From a virus, in the IMG/VR virus record IMGVR_UViG_3300042558_005120, positions 45,207-109,206 of that record: a DNA stretch of 64,000 nucleotides, one strand, 5' to 3'. Positions 27,207 through 37,800 of the stretch are shown here, one piece after another; position 1 is the stretch's first letter; the number at the start of each line of letters is the position of its first letter. The notes beneath the pieces were generated by a model. It saw only the letters and a list, made by a program, of their open reading frames with translations. It had not been told where the DNA came from and searched no databases. The position numbers were made by a program, and so were the translations under genes.

Positions 27207-27371
27207 TTAGTTCTTTGTGCTATCAACTTTAGCAGAGTCAACGCTTGGTGTTGTAACAGTTACATTTGAAGTAGAGTCACCAGTTTCACTGGTTGTTTCA
27301 GTTTTGCTTGAAGGTGTAGTACAAGCGATTGCTGTCATTAAGACAACCAAAAAGACGAAAAATTGTTTCAT
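27207..27371 (-). CDS. Small Ser/Thr-rich lipoprotein, 54 aa
   Basis: Below the track cutoff: MKQFFVFLVVLMTAIA-CTTPSSKTETTSETGDSTSNVTVTTPSVDSAKVDSTKN, a signal peptide II with lipobox Cys17. Confidence 0.75.
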   Translation of the reverse strand: MKQFFVFLVVLMTAIACTTPSSKTETTSETGDSTSNVTVTTPSVDSAKVDSTKN

Positions 27372-27409
27372 TGTTTTTAAAAAGTTTTTTTGATTAAAGA
27401 AAAATTGTT

Positions 27410-27658
27410 TTATTTATATTGTAAAACAGTTTGTGCCACTTGGTTTTGAATTGTTACTATATCAAGACTATATTTTTCCGAAAGTTTTTGATATAATAAT
27501 TCTTCAGAAGATTTAATTGTTTCAATTTCGGAAATTAAATACTTAACTTCCGCTTCAGCTTGTTTGATTTCATTGCCAATTCGTTGAACATCAGAAAATC
27601 TTTCTTTATATATCAGTGCTAATTTTAGTATTTCTTCTTGTTCAGATTGAGTAAACAT
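27410..27658 (-). CDS. Small coiled-coil hypothetical protein
   Basis: 82-aa ORF directly downstream of a promoter motif. Confidence 0.65.
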   Translation of the reverse strand: MFTQSEQEEILKLALIYKERFSDVQRIGNEIKQAEAEVKYLISEIETIKSSEELLYQKLSEKYSLDIVTIQNQVAQTVLQYK

Positions 27659-27667
27659 AACATTTAT

Positions 27668-27696
27668 TTTATATTCAAATAATTACCCATAGTTTT
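27668..27696 (-). promoter_or_regulatory. Putative promoter AAAACT-N17-TATAAA heading the SSB-primase-uvsW run
   Basis: Exact match to the recurrent motif, 10 nt before the ATG at 27658. Confidence 0.6.
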
Positions 27697-28351
27697 ATGG
27701 ATTTAGATTTTTTTCTAAAGTTTTTACAATCCAATAAGCATCGCAAATGTCATCAATAGGTTTGAGCCATTTGCCGCCCTTTGATTGAAAAACCTCAGAA
27801 ATTTGATTTAAATTTATATGCAGTTGATGAGTGGAAAGTTTCAAATCAGTTGCAGAAATAAATCCTGCAATCATCTCTTCTTTACTGAAATTTCCTTTGC
27901 CGGCTGTTGACTTAACATTGTTTGGCGCAAAAATCCATAGGTGGTTGATGTCCAAACCAAGTTTTAGCAATTCATATCTCAGCAACCACTGATAACCACT
28001 GATTTGCGACAAGCGACTGCTTGTTGATGCAAAGGAAAGTCCTTCAATTGCAACCGCGAGCTCATCGCCAGGTTCCAAATGACTTGCCAAAAAACCGGTC
28101 AGATGTTTAATTTGCTGAACTGCATCAGACAATGCCCGGCGCTCAGTAAGTGTAATGATTGATTTTTTTGGAAGTTGTGCAGTCTCTGGAACATTTATAA
28201 TATTCACATTTGATTTTCTGAGTTCTTCACGCAGTTTATCAGTGACTGAGTTTTCTCTGGGAAATACAGCAAATGTATATTCACCATTTTTTAGGATTGT
28301 GATTGCCGGGGATGTAATTGAATAGTCAATCCCTACTAAAATTTTAGTCAA
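27695..28351 (-). CDS. RuvC-like Holliday junction resolvase
   Basis: VGIDYS, AIEG, P..VK..AGKGN..KEEM, DDICDAY. Probable TTG start at 28351. Confidence 0.8.
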   Translation of the reverse strand: MTKILVGIDYSITSPAITILKNGEYTFAVFPRENSVTDKLREELRKSNVNIINVPETAQLPKKSIITLTERRALSDAVQQIKHLTGFLASHLEPGDELAVAIEGLSFASTSSRLSQISGYQWLLRYELLKLGLDINHLWIFAPNNVKSTAGKGNFSKEEMIAGFISATDLKLSTHQLHINLNQISEVFQSKGGKWLKPIDDICDAYWIVKTLEKNLNP

Positions 28352-28889
28352 AACGTTTTTTGAATTTAATGTAGTTATACTTAAAGTTTGCGCTGAAGGT
28401 TTTGAACTCTGCAGTGTTCGAGGAATAATTAAGCTCAAGTTCCGAAATACTTGTAACCAGAATTTGGTGCATTTCGACCGCAAAGAATTCAAACCCAGTA
28501 TTATCTAAAAAGGTTAATGAAATATCGGATAGGAATTTTTCACTATTATCCAAGTCATAGAATTCTCTGAAAAGATCAAACATTATCCAATAGTTTATAT
28601 ATCCTTCATACAATTTAAAGTTAATTGTAAAATCCCTGGACAAATATCTTTCCAAACGCAAACCGCCTTTTGATGAATAGTTATCCTCATATAGTATTTG
28701 CTCCACGGGTTCTGCTGTCAAAGACGGAAATGTAATTGACTGAACCGATGCCGTCATATAATCGTGGACTGATTGATATGGGATAGGTAATCTTTTTAGG
28801 TAAGTTTCGTATCTTTCAACAATACTTGGATAGAAAAAACCTTGATTGAACCGAACAATAAAATTATTATTCTTACTACTTAGTATCAT
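28344..28889 (-). CDS. Tail-tube-fold protein (T4 gp3 tail terminator/gp19-like)
   Basis: VQSITFPSL...FTINF...NY...DISLTFLDN...SISELEL....FKTFSANFKYN. Confidence 0.65.
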   Translation of the reverse strand: MILSSKNNNFIVRFNQGFFYPSIVERYETYLKRLPIPYQSVHDYMTASVQSITFPSLTAEPVEQILYEDNYSSKGGLRLERYLSRDFTINFKLYEGYINYWIMFDLFREFYDLDNSEKFLSDISLTFLDNTGFEFFAVEMHQILVTSISELELNYSSNTAEFKTFSANFKYNYIKFKKRFD

Positions 28890-31021
28890 AAGTTATCGTC
28901 CTCCTTTTGTAATGCCGATGTTGAGACATTTTGTTTTGAAATTTGAGTCTTTGGATTTCCAGGTTTAACTACCGTTGGTGTTTTCGCACTATTGATATTT
29001 GCACCTCCATTGCTGCCTAATCCTGGAACATCAACTAGATTTAAAGATGTAATATTTCCATTTCCAGCTGCAGTTGTAATTGCCGATATTGTTCCTTGAT
29101 TGACCGCGGATGCGAATGTTTGAGCATTTTGCGCATTTGCGATTTGTTCAGACTGTGAAGTAATAAGTGCACTATTCCCGGATGATGCAGTTCCAGTCCC
29201 GCCTGTTGTTCCGGTAACAGGTACCACAACTGTTTGTGTAAGTGTTAATTGTGCTGCTCTTAATTCTGCAATACTTTTTTCTAATTCAGCAATCGTTTTA
29301 TTTGCTTTTTCTTTTAGAATTTTGGGACGGTCCTTTTGATCTGCAAATCCCCCACCATACATTAAAACCTCATCACCATTTGAATTTTTATTAACAATAT
29401 AATACTCTCGAGTTTTTCCGGCCAATAGACGAGTTGAAATACTGTCATCAATTCTAAATAGAATTTCACCCGCACCCGGATCTGCAGCAGTTTGATCTAA
29501 TAAAGGATCAATATAGATTTTACTTTGGTCATCATAAATAAATGCCAATTTAATGTCCATGCCCGTTGCATTTAAATCCAAAGAGACATTTTGTTTTTTA
29601 TCTGCAGATTTTGTAAAGATTTTAAACTTTACATAGTTATCAAATTTTGTAATAAAAATTGTATTATCGCCTTGGCCCCAAATAGTACCACCAAGTTTAT
29701 CACTTGTACTTGTTGTGCTATCCACACTAATCATATTAAAGTCATAATACGAATTAACAAAAACTGTTTGTGTCATAACAGTCGGCGAACCAATATACTG
29801 AACACTTTCTGTAAGATTATCTTCTGTTAATTTAACAATTTTGTTATAGACTTTTACCGGACGATAACCTTCAAGAACGTTAATTTTGTTGAGTTTTTCT
29901 CCATACTTTTTCGGATTGAATGAAGTGTATGTTGCTTGGCGAATAATCTCTTGTCCATTAACACGGTTCATTAGTCGCATTGTATAAACAATATTAAATG
30001 CAATAGCAAAAGCTGCATTTCTAATAACCGGTCGAAAAATTGCTGGTTGATTTAGATTTGTATCTTGTAATGAAGTCAAACTGTATGTATTGACAAAAAG
30101 TGTACCGATTTGCTCGTTTACTTCAATTTGATTAACAACAACCCAATCCCCACCATTACTATTTAAAATTGGAATATAGTCTTCAATAAATTGGCCATTC
30201 CAAGTTGGATAATATTCAATGTAGTCGTTCTCATCGTTTTCTTGGACATTCGCAGATATGTACGAATAGACATCTTCTGGATTAAAGGTTGCTGTGTAAC
30301 TTTCGCCAGTAATGAAATATCGGTTTCCTCTTTCTGGCAATGTTGTATTGATTTCAAAGAGTTGCGCCGTAATTTGCGAAGTCTGAGAAAAACCAATATT
30401 ATTAAATGTGTAATTGTACCCAAGTGTATTAGGTGCAGTTGGAGAATTCCAAAAATCAAAATTTGCTTCGGATAAAGAAGGAACTAAAAACTCAATGTAC
30501 TTATCGTATAATCGGTCACCAACAAAAAGTGGGTTTAGATTAAATTCAATTCTTTCTTCACCTTTAATGTAAACTTGTGATGCTGCATTAAAGTTCCGGC
30601 CGCCAATTCCGTTTTCATTCCATTCATTCCAACGAATTTGTAAAATGATGCCATCAAGTCCTGGGAAGTCAAATCCTGAAAGGAGATGGAGTTTTACTTT
30701 ATCGTATTGGATATTTGTGATTAACGAAGAAGTTAGATCCGTTAAAGAAAAATTATTATCAATTGTAATAACTGGAGCAACTGGGTCAATATCCATATAT
30801 GCCCATTTTGTACCTTCACGGCCCAAACGAGTTGCGGTATTATCCAAAACGTTTTGAGTGATACCGATTGACTGGGCATTGTTTACATAATAATACTCTA
30901 AACTGTAATTATTATATAAACGCAAAGGCCTTGCCTTTGTTGTTGGGATGATATCCGAATTATAGATGTACTCGATAAGTGCATATTCGGATATCTGAAT
31001 ATAAGATGAAGTTGTTGCCAT
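28886..31021 (-). CDS. Putative virion structural protein
   Basis: 711 aa, beta-rich, within the structural run; low-complexity T/G/N C-terminus. Confidence 0.55.
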   Translation of the reverse strand: MATTSSYIQISEYALIEYIYNSDIIPTTKARPLRLYNNYSLEYYYVNNAQSIGITQNVLDNTATRLGREGTKWAYMDIDPVAPVITIDNNFSLTDLTSSLITNIQYDKVKLHLLSGFDFPGLDGIILQIRWNEWNENGIGGRNFNAASQVYIKGEERIEFNLNPLFVGDRLYDKYIEFLVPSLSEANFDFWNSPTAPNTLGYNYTFNNIGFSQTSQITAQLFEINTTLPERGNRYFITGESYTATFNPEDVYSYISANVQENDENDYIEYYPTWNGQFIEDYIPILNSNGGDWVVVNQIEVNEQIGTLFVNTYSLTSLQDTNLNQPAIFRPVIRNAAFAIAFNIVYTMRLMNRVNGQEIIRQATYTSFNPKKYGEKLNKINVLEGYRPVKVYNKIVKLTEDNLTESVQYIGSPTVMTQTVFVNSYYDFNMISVDSTTSTSDKLGGTIWGQGDNTIFITKFDNYVKFKIFTKSADKKQNVSLDLNATGMDIKLAFIYDDQSKIYIDPLLDQTAADPGAGEILFRIDDSISTRLLAGKTREYYIVNKNSNGDEVLMYGGGFADQKDRPKILKEKANKTIAELEKSIAELRAAQLTLTQTVVVPVTGTTGGTGTASSGNSALITSQSEQIANAQNAQTFASAVNQGTISAITTAAGNGNITSLNLVDVPGLGSNGGANINSAKTPTVVKPGNPKTQISKQNVSTSALQKEDDNL

Positions 31022-31807
31022 TTAGAATCTAAATATTGTATATTGAAAGCTTGCGCCTACGCCAATGTAAAAAGCTGGACGCCATGAAGTTGTAGTTGTC
31101 CCTCCGCTTAATCCTAATCCAAGTTGAGGTCCAACACCGATGCTGAAATTTTTCTTTTTCTGTGCTGGGAAAAGTTTCTCTCTCGGAATAAATGCGCCGT
31201 CGATTTTTGTTGGTTTAAATCCAGGAAAATCGCTTCGGACAAAAATTTCAAAATTTCCATTTTTTTCAACCAATCCAGTTATTAGATTAAATCGAATTTC
31301 ATCTTTAAGAGTTTCAGTTAAGTTATCAACAATCTTTCCGTCTTTAACACCAATCATTGTTTTTGTTTTCAGGTGTCGAGAATTTAAACTGTCAAAATCT
31401 TGTTTTGCTTCCCACTCTACTGTAAATGTACCACCCAGGCTATCACATGGGTCCCCGGTCACAGAACCGGTTCCAGGACTTGCAGGAGGTTTCGGGATTT
31501 CAATCCCCGCAACCAATTCAGCAATATACGCTACTTGGCCTTGGGTCTTCTTAATTTCTTGATATAATCGAGAATTAAGTTCTCTAATGCCAGCTTGAGA
31601 GCTAAGTAAAACATCCTTCTCATATTGTAATTGTCCGGCTTTATTTTTTGATGTGGTTATTGTATCATTAAGTGCTTTAATGTTATTAGACGACATCTTT
31701 AAATCTGTGGTTAAGTCTCGAACTGCATCGCATTTCTGCATCAGCAAAAATATTAGAACAGCAATTGCTGCTATTAATAGAAGTCGAGTATCAAGTTTTT
31801 TCAGCAT
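31022..31807 (-). CDS. Membrane-anchored coiled-coil protein with a C-terminal amphipathic beta-hairpin (spanin candidate)
   Basis: N-terminal TM helix, coiled coil, and C-terminus FSIGVGPQLGLG...FYIGVGASFQYTIFRF. Confidence 0.45.
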   Translation of the reverse strand: MLKKLDTRLLLIAAIAVLIFLLMQKCDAVRDLTTDLKMSSNNIKALNDTITTSKNKAGQLQYEKDVLLSSQAGIRELNSRLYQEIKKTQGQVAYIAELVAGIEIPKPPASPGTGSVTGDPCDSLGGTFTVEWEAKQDFDSLNSRHLKTKTMIGVKDGKIVDNLTETLKDEIRFNLITGLVEKNGNFEIFVRSDFPGFKPTKIDGAFIPREKLFPAQKKKNFSIGVGPQLGLGLSGGTTTTSWRPAFYIGVGASFQYTIFRF

Positions 31808-31821
31808 AATAAGTTTTTGTT

Positions 31822-34800
31822 TTATGGCGTTATATTTCTGGCAATCGGATTCCCGTCAGCTAATGTTTCAGCATATCTAACAATAGATTGGCCGCTTACG
31901 GTTAGGTATTGGTAAAAACGATCCGTAGCAGTCGCGGTGCCAGTTCCAATAAATGCTCTTTCGCCTAAAGGCGTGTCAACGTGCAGCATTGGGTCACTGA
32001 ATTGTACTTCCAAAACAAATGTGTTGTTTTGTGTTAAAGTTGTTGCACTTGCACCTGCCTGGTATTTATAAGATTGTGCTGGCACCATTCTCCATTGGAT
32101 ATTTTTATTCCGCATATATGTATGATTATGCCACAGAGAATACGCGGCGCCCAAAAACTGAACAAACCCAGATTGCTTAGCACCAACTTCTGAACTAACA
32201 TCTACTTGATTAAACATTGCTTTTGCTATTTGAAGAATTCTTCGGTCATTTCCAAAAGCAGAGTAAACGCCCGAGCGACTTTGTCCCCCTGGAACCAATA
32301 TGGAAAAAGTAGGTGAAGAATAAATAGCAGTGATTGGTGTGATATTTCCTTCTGATTTATATATTGAACTTTCTCTAGCTGCTCCACCAAAAACATAATA
32401 TCCTAAGACGTCTAAATAATTACCAGTCCAAGTTCTAAATCCAACAGCGCCGGATTTAGGTGGTATTGTTGCCGGTTCGGTAAAGAAAGGACTGCCGTCT
32501 GATGTTGTTGTTTTAAAACCGGGTCCTAAATCTTCTCCAACATTTACAACATCACTATAATATGATCTTGCAGTAGTTTCATTTCCTACAACCGCGGTGC
32601 CCGCATACCATTGTTTATATGTACTCCAATTGCTAAACCACATTCCATTTCCGTAAATATCTTGTGCGATATCTTGACGGTATGTTGGTTCTGAACTGAA
32701 ATCTTCATCTGGGACATATATAAACCTTAAGTATTGAGTAAATCTTGGACTGCAGAAATCAATGTAATTAAAAGAATTAGTGGCAGTACCGCCAGGTAAA
32801 ACAGGATTGTTGACTTTAACGGTAATATTAAAGTCAACTAATGCAAATTCGCTATTGATTCGTTTGAAGCGAATTGCAGATGCTTGGTTATCGCCAAGAG
32901 TCGGATCAACTGTAAACGATTCAATACTGTAATAGTGGTCAATATTTCTTTGCACTGCTGATAAATTAGCACCACCTACGACTGGTAAAATATCTGTTTC
33001 TTGATTTCGAGTTTGTGTATCTGCTGGATTATAAACCTCTTCAAATTTGATTTTGAAGTTTGTGACTCTTAAAACATCTGTTGTTGTTAAAAAGTCAGCT
33101 GGATCAGATATTTGAAAATCTCCACTTTGTCTAAGCATCATACCAAGTTTCCAAGGAGAATTAGAATTTAGAGACCAATTCGTATTTGAAATATAAAAAC
33201 TAATTTGATTTTCAAACACAACACCCGAACTCGAATCAGGACCGTCGGTTGGCCATATTGTTCCAAAATAACCATTGGTCAGACAGGACGTGACCATATG
33301 ATCCATACTAAAGTTTCCGTCATCAGGTATTAAACCTATGTATAACGGTCCAAGATTTTGCCAATCTGTACCAGTGGCGCCGGCGGCGGCAAGATCAATC
33401 GTTACTTTAATACGGTCAGGAGTTATTAAGTCAGGCGAAGGCGAACTTGTTGGCTGAAACTGTAATTCGGTGGCGCCGACGGAGGATGTAACGGACCCAG
33501 TTCCGGTAGACGGCGTGTACGAATAGTCGCTGTCTTCTATTAAATCAACGTCAAAAGAGTTCAGACCACTGGTATCTGTTTTAATCAAAACAGCATTTGC
33601 TGCGGTTCGATCCGCAATGTTTGAACCGTTTTTGCTTGAATTGTTAATTATTTGATTAGTAGTTGGCTGTCCCGGATTGCTAATGTTAAAAATACTATAT
33701 TGGCCATCTCGAGTTGCACCAAGCTGCAGAATATCAGTTGTTGAATCTGCAACCCCAACAGCTAATTTTCGACCATATTGACTGGATGTAAATGCTGTAT
33801 CTTGTTGGCCGGGCCATGTATAGTCTCGGTTTGAATAGCGAACAAATCCAGGGTACATATTATCAAGAAGAATACTTGCATTTCCGTCAATATTAGTGGT
33901 TAAATCAGTTGTATTTGTAATATCGGCAATTGCACCTGTGTACCCTGCCAAAAATTCCATAGTAACAACTTGATCTAAGTGTAATCCATAATCTCCAGTT
34001 ACACCACCTGTACCGGTTGTTGTAACTTTAATACTTGTAGCATCAAACCCATCTGTTTTTTCTTTCGAGCCGAAATGATCTGTGAAGACCATAAACGTTC
34101 CACCCGTATTATCTGCTTTTGGAATCCAATATTCTCTTAAAGAAACTTCATCTTGTGCGGATTGAATAACTGTACTTACTTTTTTATACGGGTCCTGTCC
34201 TGCTACTACACCACGCAATGCAGCTTTTCCAGAATCAACATCACCTTCCAAGAAAGTAAATATCAATTTAGGCGATTCTTGGCGCTTTTGCTTCACGAGA
34301 TTTTTCGTAAAGTCAGCAACATCTGTGTCATCAGGTACAGCATCAGCAGTTTGACCACCAGGTCCTCCAAATCCGTAGCCTTCACCGTACACAAAATTAT
34401 TTAGTCGGATATTTGCACTTCCTCTGAGATCTGTAGTGGGGATAAATGTAACAATACTATTTCCACCAGACACCACTATTGTATCATTTAAATCTTCTGC
34501 TGGATGGTCAACACTCATTCCCCACCATTCAGCTGCGATTGCGCCAACTGGAGCAGTAAATCCAGGTGCTAATCCCGAGAGAGGCCCGCCTGCATTAAAC
34601 TCGGTTGGATGCGGATAAACAACTGCTGGGAAAAAGGTAGCATCTATTCCAGGATTTGCGACCGCTAAATTTAATACACTATCGATAATCCTTCCTTCAG
34701 AATCGGTTACTAATGACCAATTCGCTCCAAAGCCAGTTGATACTAAAGATAAATTAATATAGTCAGCTACTTCGACACCTACAGTTAATGAGATAGTAGT

Positions 34801-37800
34801 AGACGGCGGATAACCCCAACCTGTCTTCTGTGCCATACGTCCATCACGACTCCAAGCCTTTTCGGCAGCAATTTCCAAACGAATATATTCTGCTTGTGTT
34901 GCCTGACTATTGATGAGTGCAGCAGATGAAGTAGTTGCATTTTCTGCATATCCACTATAAGTCAATAAACCGTATTGGCCATTTGCTGTATTCCATCTTC
35001 CATCCCATGTGTATGTTAAACCACTACCCGCCGTTGCCGGAACAGTTGCGGTTGCTCCAACAGTTGGAACATATTGCAGATATCCATTTGCATCTCTATC
35101 CAAGCTTGGATAAGCATCCATATCCCAACCTGCAGCATTTCCGACTGCAATATTACCATTTTTGTCAAAAACAATTTTCATTTGATTAAGAACATCTCTG
35201 GTTCCTAATCCTCTTTGTTCCCATTGGGTGTAAGGGTGTCCTCCGTCTCTACCTCTCGGGATGTTAATAATTCCAAGTTCACCGTGTGGACTACTAATAA
35301 TCGCAGAACCACCGTTATTTCCGGTTGTGTCATTCGCATTATTATCTCGGCCGAGTAGCCATCGGGTATTATCTCGGTTGTCTCCACCCGTTGAACCAGT
35401 TCCAGCTTCAGATACATCTCGGATTAAATTAAATCCAATGTAACTCGTTGGTTCCCACCACGCATTTGTAGTACCTCCGTGACGGTACGAGTTATTGAAT
35501 GTAACGTTAGTTCCAGTTGCTGGGTATGCAAAATTGACATAATCAGGCTCAAATGGAACAGCATGGCGTGTTGGTGTTAGTTTATCTTTTGACGGATAAA
35601 CTGCTGCATTTGGCGAAAGAGTTCCTGTTGAACCAGGATTTGCTGTTGCACCATAGGCATAATATTGGTATTCATAGATTCCGACTGGATATGTATAAGA
35701 ATCGCCGAGATAGTCAATAGCTATTTGATTTTCTGATGGCGAGTTGATTCTCCCTTTGCCTGGATAATATGGATAACTATTCGTAACCCCACTTGGTGCA
35801 ACTACAACACCAGGTGTCCAATTCTCCTCACCCCAATCCACTTCATTATAGATATTTTTTCCAAAAAGGTGAATTCGAGTTCTTGGATATAAGTTATGGA
35901 GACCCACACCCGAAATAGATTGGTTGCTATCTGATTCATCTAAGGTGGTATCTTTAATCAGAGGATGAATAGATATTTGAAATTGGGTTTTAAAATATTC
36001 GGAATCCTCTTTACCAATGGCATAATTAGAAAGTATTGACTGTGCACCCAAATGCATAGTATTATGTCTTGAATATCTCCAAGACTCAGTACGAATTGCA
36101 TTTCTTAAAACATTTGCACCTGGCACAGTATCATTATCTGACATACGATTGACTACATCGCCAATTGCATTGGTTGGATTAACCCATTCTTCAGTTTGTG
36201 TATATAAGTTTCCTAATAAAATATCAGTTACTGAATTATCTGCAATTTTAAGGTAATCACCAGAGAATGCAGCAACTGTGAATACTTTATCTGGTAATTT
36301 GCTACCACCTGCCAATTCAACGTATGTGTATGTTGGATCGTCTTCTCTTAGTTTTTGTTTAACATGGACGTGTAATTGTCCTGCAGGTTCTAATGGTCCA
36401 GCGTCGGCCGTGTTAGAAGTATCGCCAACAAATGTTCCAATACCGATATTTCGATATGGCGACATATACATAACTGGCAAGCTTTTGTGGGAATTTTGAG
36501 TTGGATCAACTTCATTTTTTGTTAATCCAGTCCCACCCGCTAAATCAAATTTAAAATGTGAAGTATAAAAAACAAGTTCACTTAAAAAGTTAGTTCCAGT
36601 ACCAACACCTGCTACGTCTGTCAAGTCGTCAAAGCGTCTTCCTCGATCCATCATCCCTGCAACTCTAATATAGTTCCCTTCGCCCGGATTTAAACCGTCC
36701 CAGTTAGAAGGTAAATCATCAAAAACTGAGCTACCATACCATGTGTTTCTTGTCTGCATACCAGTTAATCCACTTGCTGTATCGTGTGTTCCACCAGTTA
36801 ATCCGTAAGTTGTTCCGTCACCTAATCCGTATTCCCAATAGTCAACAGCATTTGGATTTCCAGTTATTGATTTTCCATTAATTGAGCTAATGTACCCCTG
36901 GAATGTTCGATATCTGTAGCTATTATTAACATTTGATTCTTCATAATAAGCCTCGGGGCCAGTTATGTAATCAATCCAATCTCCGGATAATTTCATATCT
37001 GTTGGACTTGAACAAACATATTGATTAGATGCAATCAAACGTCTTGTGTCCATGATGAATTCACCATAGTTTTTAGTTGAAGCACTGTCAATTCCTGTAA
37101 ATCCTGCCGGGTACATTTCCACAGGGTCCGGTGAATATCTACTGCTCCATAAAAATAAACTTTTATTTAGATTGCTTTTTCCACCAGCATCCTGGGACGT
37201 GTGCATATACAAACCTAACGAAGAACTATTGTCAATAACTGCATCTATATTTCTTTCGCTTAAAAATATAAGTGGTGAAAATTTTTCAATTGTTGTTTCA
37301 TATTGTGGTTTGACCCAGTATGTATTTTCTAATGGGAACTGCATCGCAGTTCCATTAGCTGATTCTGGATAAGTAGAAGACTGTGAATATGCTGGGCCGG
37401 AAAGTCCAGTAAACCCACGAGCTGTGATGTTTCCTAAATAAGGAATCGTATCAATTGACATTTTAAATAGTAGTCTGTCAATACCAGAGTTTACTCTTGA
37501 CGGATTAAACCCAGCAGTGTTTCCTCCCCACGCTTCGATTGTAGTTGTTGGTAAATTATCATCGCCTCCGAGATCATTACCGCTTGTTATCCACACAGAA
37601 CCATATTTTGATTCCAAACGAGCATTTGGAATACTCAAAGGTATTGCTGTCGACCCAGGATAAGGGCCCGCAGCAGTAGGACTAAACAAATATGTTGTAA
37701 TATCATTTACCCAAACATTTCCGCCAAGTACGTTTGATATATCTTCTGTTGAATACCAATACCATCCGTTTCCTAAAAATCCAAATCCTGCAGAAAAATC

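Noticed and set aside
22228-28492. Long N-terminal extensions given by the track for uvsW, primase and the RuvC-like gene
   Set aside because: They overlap upstream genes extensively; downstream GTG/ATG/TTG starts at the gene junctions fit better.
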